Made by a program: the position numbers and the translations under genes. The notes beneath the pieces were generated by a model. It ran no database searches, was not told where the DNA came from, and saw only the letters and a list, made by a program, of their open reading frames with translations. A stretch of 62,155 bases of DNA, counting the filler, from Sphacelaria rigidula (lineage: Eukaryota): the NCBI GenBank assembly GCA_964200075.2. It is 11 parts of 11 records of this genome, joined end to end, with 100 filler letters (N's around TTAATTAATTAA, not from the genome) between each part and the next. Parts side by side here need not be neighbours in the genome. Positions count along the whole stretch, not along the records: positions 1 to 5,560 come from CAXNAA020026328.1; positions 5,661 to 11,220 come from CAXNAA020026329.1; positions 11,321 to 16,880 come from CAXNAA020026330.1; 8 more parts are not named here. One strand, given 5' to 3'. Each line of letters opens with the position of its first letter. Position 1 is the stretch's first letter. Positions 1-12,353 of the stretch are shown here, in pieces.

Positions 1-27
1 TACCAAACACCATTCAAATCGTGCCGC

Positions 28-1312
28 TTATACAGTACAGTATCTTGCAGCGACGATTTCAATCACACACAACGAACTTAGACTGCCCTGTTCAAATTTG
101 CAACAAACGACACCCCTCATCGGGAGGGTTCATCCCTTAACCCCCCCTTCTCTGGATCGTCGTCATTGCTGTGCTATTTGGGCTTCTTTGGTCGCCCGTC
201 TAATCGCACGCAGTCGGCTGGCCTCCTCTTCACTTCTGTGCCATGAGGTCATGAACCTCTCCGCTTCCTGCAGCACTCCCGCGTGCCACGGCAACCTCCC
301 CTCCTTATCCGCTGCTGAGGGCCATAGAACGCGATCAATTCCGAATGCCTGGCGGTTGTCGTCCGTAGAGCTGTCTGTGGCTCCGAAAGCGTGGAGATCG
401 TCCTTCAGGCACTCCAGCCAGTTTTGTTCCGGGCACCATGGTCCTGGATCCTCCCCCCCGACTAGTGTTCCGAGTGCTATTCGCTTCGGTAGTCATCCGT
501 CCGGTGGTCTAGCCAGGGCTCCCGCGAACAGCAGTCGTCGTTGCCGGGCGATGGCTTCGGCACTTTGGCATCCGATTGTCTTGGAGGTCTGTGCATACGA
601 AAGGCGGTACCCGGTGACTCACAAGAGCCGGCAGTGTACCTTTCTCAGCAAGTAGTAGTGTTCGCGGCGCGGGGCCCACGTCATGCATCCGTAAAGTAGG
701 GCCTCCATCGCCTCCGCTTTCAACAGTTGGGTCTTGAGTCTCCATGGTGCTTTCGGTCGGTCAAAGAGCTCCCGCGAGAACTTCCTGATGCACGCCCACG
801 CTGCTCTGCTCCAACTGTCGATTTCTTGTTTGAGTTCGCCCTCTACGTTGACAAGCCCGCCTAAGTATTGGCAACTAGTTTTATGGGCCTGTTTCTGGCC
901 CGCTGCTTCGATGATCAGCGGTGGGGGAGATGGTATTGGTGAATCCCCCTTCTTCGGTGCTTGCCTCGGTACTCGCATCAAGAGAGTCTGCGCCTTCTTC
1001 TCCTATACGGTCAGTCTAAAGGCCCCAAACACGTCCACTATGATGGTCATTATCCTCGCCAATTCGTCGGGAGTTCTCGAAGTGACGCCGGCATCGTCGG
1101 CATACAGCATTCCCCACACCGCTCTCCGTATACGTTCCAGCGGTGTCTCCGCCCCACTCCCCGTCTCCTTATCGATATATACCATGTCCTTGATGATGAT
1201 ATCATCCTCGCTGAATCGCAAGAGGATTTTCTCGAGCACTACCGCGAAGATGTTGAACAGCAGGGGAGACAGTACACATCCTTGTCGCAGTCCCTGTGTG
1301 ACTTCAAACCAC
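28..1312 (-). mobile_element. 5'-truncated RTE-like non-LTR retrotransposon (LINE): RT C-terminal half plus 3' UTR, pseudogenised
   Basis: One minus-strand frame from ~1312 to 163 contains GLRQGCVLSPLLFNIF, YADD, YLGG, LLYGCMTW and RRLLFAG. It carries three in-frame stops (1003-1005, 619-621, ~494). A short (TACAG)n tract at ~31-43 may be the 3' tail. Confidence 0.93.
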
Positions 1313-1334
1313 AGTAGTACAGCATATTGCTTCT

Positions 1335-2348
1335 TGGGTAATGGCCTAGGGAATGTGTACGTTCTCATATTTTGCCCAAGAAATGTACGAAAACTGTCCA
1401 GGAAGGAGAAACAGCATTACACACAATGTACACCGATTGCGCTCCGAAATTTTCATGCACAGCAATCGAGGGGCTCCTCGGCACCCGGGCCTCGAAAAAC
1501 GCCCAGATTAAAAACATATTACTCGCAAAATATACGACGTAGTCATTTTTTTTAATGTGAAGACAACACCAGCCATGCGCAGAAGGACGCCTCGCCTCCA
1601 CAAACCACTCCCCCTTCCTAGGTCAAATTACGTGATCAACGATTTATTTTTCAATCGTACCTCATCTGGGCCACCATTCGGCCCATAAAGTACCTGTCCA
1701 GGGCCATCGCTTCCCACACTGTTCCTGATGCGCCACACTGCGCGCAAGAGAATCCACGTGCCAACTCCATCGCGTCCAAGCTATCAGCTTTTTCTCGCCC
1801 ATTTATTTATTTGCCTTTTTTTCGTCACTTTTCCCCGTTTTCCCCACAGCAATCGTGTGTTAGTGGCAGGTGTCCAGTTTTTGTTGTTTTCAAGTCAAAA
1901 TGGCATCATTTTGGCCTGAAACCGAGAGAAATGGGCACGTGCCACTAGCATATGATTGTGGGGGAAACGGATCCCAGAAGGATGAACCCTTGAACCGCGA
2001 TGCCGATAGTACAGCTGGATCACCCTTACTCTTTCAAGTGAAACTGATGCCGATTCAGCAGGTGACCTGCTATCGCGGTAAAAGGGTTAATACGGAACAT
2101 GATATCAGCCCCAGATTTCAACGGCACGGTGTGACGTAACCCTCCGCAAGCGCAAGAGACCGAAGCGTTGTGGGTTGTGACCGTTTTCGAGGCCCGGGCG
2201 CCGGAGAGCCCCCCGATTGCTGTGCTTAAAAAATTCGGAGTGAAGTCGGCGTAGGTTGTGTGTTTTGCTGTTTTCGCGTTCCTGGTCGTTTTTGTACCCT
2301 TTTCAGGAAAAATACGAGACGGTTTATCATTTTTTAGGCCATTGCCCG
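1335..2348. repeat. Diverged inverted repeat pair (1335-1502 and 2182-2348); possibly an old ~1 kb TIR element
   Basis: gcacagcaatcgaggggctcctcggcacccgggcctcgaaaa is the approximate reverse complement of ttttcgaggcccgggcgccggagagccccccgattgctgtgc. Similarity continues for about 165 bp. Confidence 0.75.
2015..2090 (+). repeat. Dispersed ~75-bp repeat (other copies ~34723-34795 and ~38609-38680)
   Basis: Shared core ctggatcac...tgatgccgattc(a/g)(g/a)cag(g/a)tgacct in three different contigs. Confidence 0.8.
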
Positions 2349-3704
2349 AATTGAAACTTTCAAATTTCAGTCAAGTCGTTAGTTTTGCGACACCGATGGA
2401 TCTCAGTGAATCCTTTCGCAACAGAACGGTTACTTTTTCCACATGGGGGTTACCCTTATGGGCTGCACGGATTCTGCTCTAACGTTGCATACAGCACTGT
2501 AGCTGTTGTAATCTGCGACACGAAGTGCCTGTCTATATATCAACACACCTTGCTCGTCCACGCGTGAGCTCCTTCTGCGTGGGCGATACTGTCTGGGTCA
2601 CTGCTGCATGCACAGCAAAGTGCGCACCGTCATTGCGAAACCGGCATATTTGCCATCATCCACCACTTTCATCGTTTTTCTTGGAGGCGTTTGAAAGACT
2701 ATTAAAGCAAAGTTTTTTTCCGCGGGCGTAACGCTGACCAGTCTGTTTGTCCTGTATTACAGTAAAACATGACATGTCCTATCTTACTTGTGAAAAATTC
2801 GAAACAGATCCTCCAGCGTTTAGAATCGTCCCCCAATCCTGAGCGCTTGACCGGAATTTGGCAATCCTTTGTGTCCGTTCTCAAGTTTGGGGTCTGAAAT
2901 CTTGACGATTTCGTTCCATGAAGACTATTTTGTATGGCAATCAATCCGTATTTGTACAAATACGGGGATTTCAGTTCGTTACTAGGCGATTTTATTCCAT
3001 GGATTGATTTTTCGGACCCCAGTCCGTTATGCACTGTTTTTCGGCTAGCTGTGAGAAAACCGGATCATTTCTTGTACGATTCTCTGGACGTTGACTTTCG
3101 GTTTAGCACCTTTCCGCGCAGTCAGAACAATTTTCCTGAAGTCCCCCCTGAAAGGAGACATCAGAGCACATTTTTTGGCGGGTATTTGTTTTTGGGGGCG
3201 GGGTGGTATCGCAGCGACTAATCAGCAGAAAAAAGAGGAAAATTCCCTTCGATAAGAAGCGCCCTAATCACTTTAATAAGAACCCGCCTTACGACAACAC
3301 TCTGTTGCCATACCCTTGCTTCTAAGCATGCCACCGAATAAGACCTACTACAGTGAAGCGAGGTGATGCCTGATCCGGGCGAGACGGTTAATTTGCACAA
3401 TCGATTCACACGATACTGGGGCGGGAGAGGAGAACTCAGTGATTTCCTTGTATCGCCACGGACAGCTAGCTCAACCTCTGGCAATGCTAAAATTTGTTCT
3501 GAGGTTGCCCTAGCTCGTATGCTTTCGTTTTCGGGTACATCCTTGGCAAGATTTGCTCTACACATTTTGTGTGATGCTCTGTCGGCGAATGTGTCGCTCG
3601 AATTATAACCCCGTTGCTTCGTTCGATGCAGTACGCCTTAGTATCTTGTTCTTCCCGCTTCCCCTCCCCCCTAATGCATCGATGACGTCACCTACAGGGT
3701 GAAC

Positions 3705-3822
3705 ATGTGTCGCCGCCGGATCACCCTGAGCACTCTTGCTCTCGCCGCCGCTTTGAGCTGCTCTTCTCTGCCAGGAGCCCGTGCCAATGACTACCTGAAC
3801 GGGGAAATCGATCGCTTCTTCG
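3705..3822 (+). CDS. Probable first coding exon of a secreted protein (signal peptide); remaining exons not identified
   Basis: Acceptor cctacag| at 3697, ATG at 3705. Translation MCRRRITLSTLALAAALSCSSLPGARA-NDYLNGEIDRFF has basic, hydrophobic and AxA segments. Consensus donor G|GTGAGT at 3823. Confidence 0.6.
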
Positions 3823-4272
3823 GTGAGTGCGGGTGCAGTGCCCACTGGTGGGGTCAGGTTGAGCGTCTTGATAGCTCCATGGATCGCTGTGGAAACGTTC
3901 CGGGTAACTCAGATCTCGACGAACACCCTCTCGCACCAAGGGAAGCGACACGACCACAGTACAGTTTGCCCATAGACTTCTTACTGAAGTACTTTTTGAG
4001 GTATTGGAGCAAGCGAAAGCGTCGCGACTTTTTTTTTCGTCTTCATATCGTCTGTCTTCATTTATTCTGTGTCCAAACGTCCCTAGAAGACTAGAAGACT
4101 GTCCTGCGAGTCGTTCGGTTGTGGCTTCAACAAACCCTTTTCACTAATACCCGAGCTCGTGTTGATACTCACGTACGTATTACTACACGGCCGCCGCCCG
4201 AGTGCATTCGAGGTTTTCTAATTCCAAAACATTATGAGCCCGAAAGGCCCCATCTTTGATAATGGACGCGCG

Positions 4273-4740
4273 TTAGTGACTGACACGGGATTTGACAAAT
4301 CGGGGGTGGATTTGTTTTTGAGGATAATGAGAACCCGGAGAAAGAAAAATCTTCGTATTCACACCAAATCTTCGAGACATAATTCCATTCCTTCACCTGC
4401 TGGTATCCATTATTGACAACGACTACATGCCATACAAATTTGGATCCTGACAACCGACATGTCGGGGTCCTCGGTGAAGAAACAACTGTGGGGAATTTAG
4501 ATAATGCGATCAGATCGCCAAAATTCCCCAAAATTGGTTCTTCACCTATGACCCCAACATTTCGGTTATCGAAACCCAAGTTTCTATGGCATGCATTAAT
4601 AATAGTTGTCAATAGCTACCAGCAAGTGAAGGAAAGGAGCCATAATTCGAAGAATTGATGTGGATACGAAGATTTTAATTCTCAGGGTTTCTCATCAAGA
4701 AGAATCCATCCCCAATTCGTAAAATCCCGTGTTCGCTGAA
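4273..4740. repeat. ~460-bp imperfect palindrome (foldback MITE or hairpin)
   Basis: Centre gcgatc-a-gatcgc at ~4513. Paired blocks include ttccttcacctgctggta/taccagcaagtgaaggaa, tattgacaac/gttgtcaata and acacgggatt/aatcccgtgt. Confidence 0.9.
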
Positions 4741-5486
4741 CTGCATTGGTCAACTTGGATTTGGGTGGGGGATCATGGTAGCACAGGGGGCGAGATAGAA
4801 GCCATCCCCGGGGGTCGTTCCTTCACTCTGGATTCGGGGGTGGTATCCACCGTTTTGGCCTACAGCGTGCGAATTGCGATAATTTGAATGGTAAGAAAGT
4901 ACTTCCGGGGTGTTCGAAATACAAATTAACGGGAACTAAACAGAAATAAACCGCAGTTGCCCCATCCTACTGGTTTGGTACCCCTTCTTTTCTCCACCCT
5001 CTCTCTCGTGGACAAAATCACCGCATCCTCTCCCCGAACAAAATCAGAGAGAGAGTGGTATCTAACGTTTTGCCTATTTACGGGCGGACAACGACGAGTC
5101 TCAACACGTGATGGATACCAACAGCAAGCGTACAATCTACCCCGGGTGGTGATGATTATTTTGTTTTACCGGACAGGAATAAGGACATTTGAGGGAAGAC
5201 ATTTTCCATCTCATTCCCAAGCACGCGCCGGTGTTGTAATCCACCCTTCGTGTAAGCGGGATTAGAAACGGCGATCGCCATGAATTCGCGAATGGTCACT
5301 AGATCGCGTACATCCTATTCTTGCATCCTATTGAAACATCTATATATTTCATGTTCCAAGCTCCTCTTTTTTGTGGAGAAAAAAATTAGAAGGCCAACAA
5401 ATCACATCCTTGAAAACATTGAACGATGATGAAACCTTTTATACTCGATACTATTTTAAAATGTTGGGTAATGATTGAACAATTCA

Positions 5487-5560
5487 GGGGGGGGGGGGCT
5501 ACTCATTTGTTGCTTGCCTTAGTTGTTTGACCATTGACCATGCATCCCTTTCGAGACGGG
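5487..5560 (+). repeat. Repeat end 'B' (poly-G-YRTACTCATTT...TGACCATTGAC); other copies ~15767-15845, 19553-19610, 45118-45178
   Basis: Near-identical ~60-75 bp in four contigs; two of the copies run into contig ends. Confidence 0.85.
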
Positions 5561-5660
5561 NNNNNNNNNNNNNNNNNNNNNNNNNNNNNNNNNNNNNNNN
5601 NNNNTTAATTAATTAANNNNNNNNNNNNNNNNNNNNNNNNNNNNNNNNNNNNNNNNNNNN
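5561..5660. other. Artificial contig-joining spacer (N44-TTAATTAATTAA-N44); also at 11221, 16881, 22541, 28201, 33861, 39520, 45179, 50838, 56497
   Basis: Ten identical 100-bp spacers carrying six-frame stop codons. The intervening segments are exactly 5560 or 5559 bp, and 6x5560 + 5x5559 + 1000 = 62155. Confidence 0.98.
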
Positions 5661-6039
5661 GACGTAAAAGCTCCAAAAAGACACTTTTCCAGGTTTTTAT
5701 TTTTGCTTGTTATACGAAGCGGCCTGAGGCCGTTTCTTGCGCTACAAAAAAAACAGCTTGACAAAACTTTTCTGGTCGTTTTCGGACAATTGTTTTACGT
5801 ACCGTTTCTTGTGCGAAGTTTTCTCCCTGAAAACGTGTCAGAGAAACAACTTTTAGTCTCAACGAATGTCATTTCTCCCGCAACCGTTTATATTTCCCCC
5901 AATTTTTCAAACTGAATCAGAGTTTTTCGAGAAAACAATCAAGCCGAACACGCCTCCATACACACGCGGCGGGATAGGAACAAGGAGTACAGAGACTGCT
6001 TACGTCTAACGAGGAGCTCATAGCTGCTGTGCACTAGCC

Positions 6040-6290
6040 GACACTTTCCACGATAGCCCCCCCCCCCCAAAAAACAGCCCAAAAGTGTCACGAAAAAAAT
6101 CATCATACAGCTTCTGATGTTTGGGTTCAGGCTGCACGAAGCGCCTCATATGGGCGACATCGGCGAGAACAAGCCCAAGCGTGGGAATTCCCAGCTGCTC
6201 GTTGTGCTCAGCTTTTTCCATTTCCATTTACGTGAAGAGTTTGCCTCCCCACACCAGGCACTTTTGGGGTGGGCTATCGTAGAAAGTGTC
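6040..6290. mobile_element. MITE, GAC-terminal family (second copy 40252-40506)
   Basis: TIRs gacactttc(c/t)acgatagccc; flanks AGCC/AGCT (3 of 4 matching TSD). The interior matches 40252-40506 in reverse orientation. Confidence 0.85.
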
Positions 6291-7250
6291 AGCTTTACAT
6301 CAAGATGGCGAGGGATCATTGGGGACTGGCAGTAACTTTTCGACCGTGGATTACCGGTTACCTTGGCGCTGCCTCCTGTTTTTGCGATGGAGTGTCTATG
6401 GCTATGCCGTAGTTCTTCTGCGCGACAAGATTCGTGTGCTTTCCTGCCCTTTACACTGCGTGTAGTCTGCAAGTATGTACGAGTAGCCCATGACCGAGGA
6501 TAACCCCGACTTCGAATAGTCAAGCCTGTCAGTTGACGTGCAAATCTTAAAATCCATTGAAGGCGGTTTTCAAAAAAGGCTTTGAAAAATACAAGTATCG
6601 AAGAGCTCAGCCTTTTTTATATTGGCAAACTACTGCATTCCTTGGAGAAGCAGTGCTACAATTGTTTGCTCACCTAGATTTGGTGACAGTTGTAAACATT
6701 TACTCTTGGAGCGCTACACTGCTATTGCACTGCACGTACAGTAAATACAACGCTGTCAAGCTGGTGGGGATCCTACGGTGGCTTCGGTACCGAGTTGTAC
6801 ACCCTTCGCTTGCTGAAGTATCGCCTTTCTGTCGCGGTCTGTGGACGCATATTTTTTATTTTGTATTTGAAGGAAGGAGAAATCGTACCCAACACTCACC
6901 ATGCGAACGGGTGAGTGTGCCGACTACCTGGAGGCTCGGCTACACCACCTCACTACAGTAATGTGGGGTAGGTGCCTCGAGCATTCGGAAAGCTTTGCTC
7001 AAGACACTATGGGGGTCGAACCCACAAACAATTCTTGTAAACTTGGCGCAGTGCACGTCCCGCTCGACTCTTCGGGGCTTCGACTCTTGTCTGTGGACAC
7101 ATGGAAAACGCAACGGGTATGCGGAGAGTCTTTTAAGGGCGCCACTTGACCCTGGGAGGACAATTGGAAACGCGTGACAAACAACTGCTTTGAATAAATA
7201 TAAAAAACAAGACAGGAGTTGGGAAAGGACGGAATACACTGGCTTTTCAT

Positions 7251-7386
7251 GGGAGGGGGGGGGGGGGGGGGGGGCACCAAAGAGGGGGGGGGGGGGGGTG
7301 ACCAGGAGGGGGGACCACCCAACACGCACGTTGCGCACGCAANNNNNNNNNNAGGAAGGGGAGGGGGGGGGGGGGAGGGGGGAGAG

Positions 7387-7417
<31 letters not shown>

Positions 7418-7428
7418 AGAGGGGGGGC
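7251..7428. repeat. Poly-G low-complexity tract with an internal N gap
   Basis: Long G runs; the overlapping Pro/Gly-rich ORFs are artefacts of this composition. Confidence 0.9.
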
Positions 7429-8122
7429 TTGCAAAAAGAGGGGTGGTGAGTTTTATCGCATAGATACGAAGTCAGCCGTAAATTTTGTTCCGAAAAGAGG
7501 TCTGGCGCCCCAAGAGGTGACGCTGCCAAAACATCAGAAGGGAAAAGGCTACCTCAACGCACGGGCTTGTCTGGTGAGTCAAGGTATAATCTCTGTGCTC
7601 AGCGCAAAGCTGCACAAACGGTAGCGATCCAATGCTTTCTCCAGTACCTTTCTGAGGTACTCATTGCGTTGTATATATAATGTAGTATAGATGCACCTCT
7701 CGGGTGCGTATGATTTCTACAATCGCTACGGCACTATATCATTAGCATTGCTATCAGGGCTCACCTTTAGCCCAGTTTGAGTCACGATACCGTTAGCTAT
7801 GCGTATCAATCCGACCAATAGACCACACCGAGCTCGCGAAACCTGCCGTAGCCGAGGGGCGCCTGCATGTCACTCAAAGCCGAATTTTACATCATAATAC
7901 TTGACTTCTTCTAAGTAACTCAGACCCGTTTGTGCCACCCAGTTATCACTGTCGAAGGTTCGTCATTGCAAAAGACATGCGAGTGCTCCTACCGTAGGGG
8001 TGCACATTTCCCTACCCCCGAGGCTCTGCACTGTCGGAGCCTCTGGATGACAAACATGTGGGCCTCAGTTCTCGGCCTCAGAAAGCTCTTGGAGGGAAAA
8101 GTGCACATATATCACGCGCGCG

Positions 8123-8125
8123 CGT

Positions 8126-8213
<88 letters not shown>
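8123..8213. repeat. (TG)n microsatellite
   Basis: About 45 TG units read directly. Confidence 0.98.
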
Positions 8214-8214
<1 letters not shown>

Positions 8215-8382
8215 GCGTGCGTGTGGAGGCATATTAAGGGATATGATGCGCCCTACGGCATTCACCATAGTTTGTCCGTGAAATATCGATCGCTGTATTC
8301 TCCAAAGAAAGATGGGATTTCCCCCTGTTTCGTCAGTGGCCGCCGCGCCCCTACTCGTACGGTCTAAGGCCGCTCTTCGAAG

Positions 8383-8834
8383 CAAACAAGGAAAAAGTCC
8401 TGTGAGAATGTATTTTTGGTCCTTCTTCGTTGTTTATCGCCCTAAAAGAGAGCTAGGCGAAGTTTGACACCTTGGAATGACTTGCCCCCTACTCGTTGAG
8501 ACGGTTCCCAGACATCTTCGCGTTTTCCGGTGGCCGCACTTGTTATTTTGGCCAGATTTGCATTTTATCCAAGGACGGTCAAGAATGGTCGAATCTAGAA
8601 AAACTGCCATTTTTCTCTGGACTTGACCATCTCTGGACAAAAATAAATGCTTGTTTTGGCCAAAATAAGAACAACTGCGGCCACCGGAAAACGAAAAAAA
8701 ATAGTCCTGGAACAGTCTTAACGAGTAGAAGAGCAAGTAGTCCCAAGGTGTTGAACTCCGCCCGACTCTCTTTCAGAATGTACAATGATGAAAAAAGGCC
8801 AAAAAAGGCATTTTTACAGGACTTTTTTTGTTTA
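8383..8834. repeat. ~450-bp imperfect palindrome (foldback MITE or hairpin)
   Basis: Centre ~8604. Paired blocks cgttttccggtggccgca/tgcggccaccggaaaacg, ttattttggcca/tggccaaaataa, ctactcgttgagac/gtcttaacgagtag and aaaagtcctgt/acaggactttt. Confidence 0.9.
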
Positions 8835-8839
8835 CTATT

Positions 8840-9164
8840 AACAACGTTTTCGTGAGATTGAGAGCAGAGCGCGGATTGAGAGTGATTTTGATAATTCGCT
8901 TTTTAAAATGGCCATTTTTTCATCCCGTGTGTGTGTGTGTGTGTGTGTTTTGCCTCCCATCACTTGCGTGTGCTTACAGTTACTCGTCGATATCCTACTA
9001 CTCAGGGATATCAAGGGCCTCAGTCAGTGGCCAGCTACTACTACAAAAAGCATATTATTGGGCCTCGTGGAGGGGCATTTCGGAACTGAAACGATTCACT
9101 CACTAATCGACCGATTTTCACTCTCAATCGTACCCAATACTCTCAATCTCACGAAAACATTGTT
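8840..9164. mobile_element. MITE, AACAACGTTTTCGTGAG-TIR family, copy 1
   Basis: ~25-bp TIR aacaacgttttcgtgagattgagag / ctctcaatctcacgaaaacattgtt; interior shared with 9305-9597 and 12055-12353. Confidence 0.85.
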
Positions 9165-9304
9165 TAGTATAAGGAGCGGCCTAATGGTGCACAGCATCTA
9201 ATGATTCAGTGAAATATGGGGTCGTACGTTGATAAACGATGTGGACTCGACTCGCGCAAGATGCGTACTCGTATAATGATTTTTTTTGTCTGCGAAGTAT
9301 GAGA

Positions 9305-9597
9305 AACAACGTTTTCGTGAGATTGAGAGCTGATTGAGAGTGGCTTTGATCATTCGCTTTAACTTAGCCAATTTTTCATTCCGTGTGTGCTTTTGTTTGT
9401 CTCTATCACTAGCGTGTGCTTGCAGCTGGACGTCGATATCCTACTCAGGGATATCAAGGGCCTCAGTGGCGAGCTACTAAACAAAGCATATCGGGCCCCA
9501 CGGAGGTGCATTTTGGAACTGAAACAGTTCAGTCACTAACTGACTGCTTGTCACTCTCAATCGTAACCTCTACTCTCAATATCACGAAATCATTGTT
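9305..9597. mobile_element. MITE, AACAACGTTTTCGTGAG-TIR family, copy 2
   Basis: Same TIRs and interior as 8840-9164; flanked by GAGA/GAGA (possible 4-bp TSD). Confidence 0.85.
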
Positions 9598-9794
9598 GAG
9601 AGTCTGATTTCCGTTTTTGAAAGCGTAAGTAGCGAAAGAGTTAGCTTGACTGAGTTAGTTTGATAAAAGTCGGCGAGGTGCCAGAGTTTCGATAAAATCC
9701 GCGATATCACCAAAAAAATGTAAGGAAGGCGTGTGTACCGGGGGGGGCGTTTTGTTGATCCCCTGAGACCACGGACACATCCTGAGGGAGGAAC

Positions 9795-10050
9795 GAGTGA
9801 TGCTACGGTAGGGGTGCACAAATATTTTGTGAGGGTAAAATCGTGAGGAGCCCTTTATCTCATATCCCAAACACGACTCATGAGATGTGAGACAACGCCA
9901 GGATTACCAATTCAACGTGCTAGAGATATCCCGAATGAATCTGGGAATGGTGTTGCCCTGACCCATATTCTAGTGTATCTAGAATTGGTGGGAGCCCCTG
10001 AACAAAACAAATTCGGGCCGCGAAAGTGCAACCCTACGGTTGCATTGCTC
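9795..10050. mobile_element. Sola2-like MITE (GAG...CTC ends), copy 1, inserted inside another repeat
   Basis: TIR gagtgatgctacggtaggggtgcac / gtgcaaccctacggttgcattgctc; TSD GAAC at 9791-9794 and 10051-10054. The left flank resembles the 27410-27448 TIR. Confidence 0.88.
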
Positions 10051-11567
10051 GAACACAACGGGATTTTGAAAAATGGGAACGAGAATTTAGATGGGAACTG
10101 ACGAAGCTCGAAATTGTAAAAAAATTGGGAGATGGTACCCGTGAAAGGTACCTTGGGGGGGAGACTCAATCCCCCCTGAGTGTGGAACGGTGGAAGTCAG
10201 AGGCGGGCGAGATATTCTCTCTGAAACCAGCTACATCTGCATTCCTCGAAAACAAAAACCAGAAACTGGTTTCTGAAATCATTCATCATCTCGATGCGCT
10301 CGCTGTATGGCCACCCCTTCGGGGCAGTTTTTTGGCGCCTCTTTTATTAATTCTTCATTTCTTGGGGGGGCGAGGGCTATCGTGGCGAAACTCCGTCACA
10401 GTTTATTTTTCGTCTTCTTTCCGCAAATTTGTTGTCATATGCGCATGCATGTACACACCGAGATGTACAGAAAAAAACACGTGTTGTATGGCGTGGACGG
10501 TACTGCACCGTAGCGACCTGGGCTGTCGCGTTTGGAGGGGCGTGTACAAAGCAATTTCTCACTCTCGAGAGAAAAATCTCAAACACTCATGAGCGTACGT
10601 ATTCCTTCTCGCAGTAGTATAGCACTAGTGCCTACAGATATCACAAGAGATCGGATCCCGACCACAACACCTAGTCCACGGACGCGCGGCGGGCAAATCG
10701 TACTACAAGTCACACCACTCGGCGTCCGCGTGCTCGGGGCCGCATAGCGGTACGTTTACAACCGACTGAATAGATATGACATACTGTTACAGCACAGCAC
10801 AACACCACAACCATTTTTACTGCACCACCAAGACGTGAAAAAACGAGAGCTAAGACAACAAGACCACGAAGCTACCGATGGCAGCGACAGCACAGACACC
10901 AAAATCGCACCTGTTAATATATCCGGTACCCCCCCCCCCGCCCCCCCCTCCCCTCCCCGCCTGCCCCCTTTTCGCATGTCACCACATCCACCTCCCCCCA
11001 CTCCCCTTCTCGGCACTCGCGTCACCAAATAAATCGTAACCACCCTACTCCAGATGAATTCAATATCCTGTCCACCAATCCCCCCCCCCGGCGGGGTGGG
11101 ATAACCTCAACTCCGCACAATGGGGATGATCGTACTACGTAGTGTTTACATGGTGAGACAACCATGAGGCAGTGTTAAGCCGTGGCTGTTTGTGGAAGTT
11201 GCGATACCACAAAATAAAGCNNNNNNNNNNNNNNNNNNNNNNNNNNNNNNNNNNNNNNNNNNNNTTAATTAATTAANNNNNNNNNNNNNNNNNNNNNNNN
11301 NNNNNNNNNNNNNNNNNNNNGTTTCGGTCAGCGCTGTAAGCTCACAGAGTCGGTGAATTGCGCTACAAACATTTCTACGCGATCGAGGAGCATTAGGCCC
11401 ACGAAAACGTCATTGGGCCCCATCGCTGAAAGTGTGGGGGAAGCACTGTTTTAGACTTGAGCCTTATCTCGGAGGTAAACCTCAATTCGCACAATTTGTT
11501 GTTTATTGTTGTTTGACCTTGCTCCAGTGTCCATGCAATCATTAAATGTTAATCAAACTGTTCACTA

Positions 11568-11733
11568 AAATCAAGTAGTCTACTACTACACTAAATTCAA
11601 GTAGTTTATAACCACATTAAAGATCAAGTAGTTTACGACCACAATCAATTCAAGTAGTCTAGTACTACTTTAAGATCAAGTAATTTACAACCACACTGAG
11701 GACAAGCAGTCTACTACCCCACTGTATTCAACT
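11568..11733. repeat. Degenerate ~26-bp minisatellite, about 6 units
   Basis: Core tcaagtagt(c/t)ta recurs every 25-27 bp. Confidence 0.85.
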
Positions 11734-11849
11734 AATAATTTTAATGGCACAGGCGCCCAACACCCCCGCACAACCCCCCTGAACCCTCTGTTTCTCGATT
11801 TCTTCAACTCTGGGAGGTTATGTTCCTAAAAAAATAAAAATTATGTACC

Positions 11850-12042
11850 CCTGGCCTGGACAAAAAAAAACCAAACACTTCAATCTTGTTGACCTCTCTG
11901 CGATACATGGGGCTTGAGTAGCGCACGTGTGTCCACCAACACAAAAATCCCGAATAAAATCCGTTCAAGAATCATGGAAGACTACAAGAAAATGGCTGAT
12001 TTCAGCTTAAATTAAATAACGGCCCGTTTAATGAACTCGGTA
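11850..12042. repeat. Dispersed ~190-bp repeat (inverted copy at ~25502-25705)
   Basis: tggggcttgagtagcgcacgtgtgtccaccaac...gaactcggtac matches the reverse complement of 25505-25640. Confidence 0.85.
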
Positions 12043-12054
12043 CAGACGACTTTA

Positions 12055-12353
12055 CACAAAGTTTTCGTGAGATTGAGTAGAGGATACGATTCAGAGGGAA
12101 CAGCGGTGAAGTATAGTGTATTAATCGTTTCAGTTCCGAAATGCCCCTCCACGAGGCCCGATAAGCTTTCTCTAGTAGCTTGCTACTGAGGCCCTTGATA
12201 TCCCTAAGTAGAATATCGAGGTGTAGCTGTAAGCACACGCCAATGATGAAGGCCAATTAAAGCACACACGGAATGGAAATTGGCTAACTCAAAGCGAATG
12301 ATCACAGCCACTCTCAATCAGCGCTCTATTACCTATCTCACGAAAACGTTGTT
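12055..12353. mobile_element. MITE, AACAACGTTTTCGTGAG-TIR family, copy 3 (reversed)
   Basis: TIRs and interior (tcagttccgaaatgcccctccacgaggccc) are the reverse complement of copy 1. Confidence 0.82.

Noticed and set aside
98..1555. Long plus-strand ORFs 98-655 and 734-1555
   Set aside because: Antisense shadows of the LINE reverse-transcriptase frame.
2888..3020. Small palindrome centred on ccgtatttgtacaaatacgg
   Set aside because: Real but short and single-copy here; likely a decayed MITE with nothing further to support.
6018..6227. Similar ~47-aa peptides in the two GAC-family MITE copies (6018-6227 and 40323-40465)
   Set aside because: A manual codon comparison gave about 6 synonymous versus 14 amino-acid-changing codons, which is roughly neutral. 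The similarity reflects DNA homology, not selection on a protein.
6940..7624. Pro/Gly-rich ORFs, and the CV/HT ORFs at 7930-8385
   Set aside because: Products of poly-G and (TG)n repeats.
11568..11733. CRISPR-like periodicity
   Set aside because: The units are contiguous and degenerate with no unique spacers; the context is eukaryotic and there are no cas genes.
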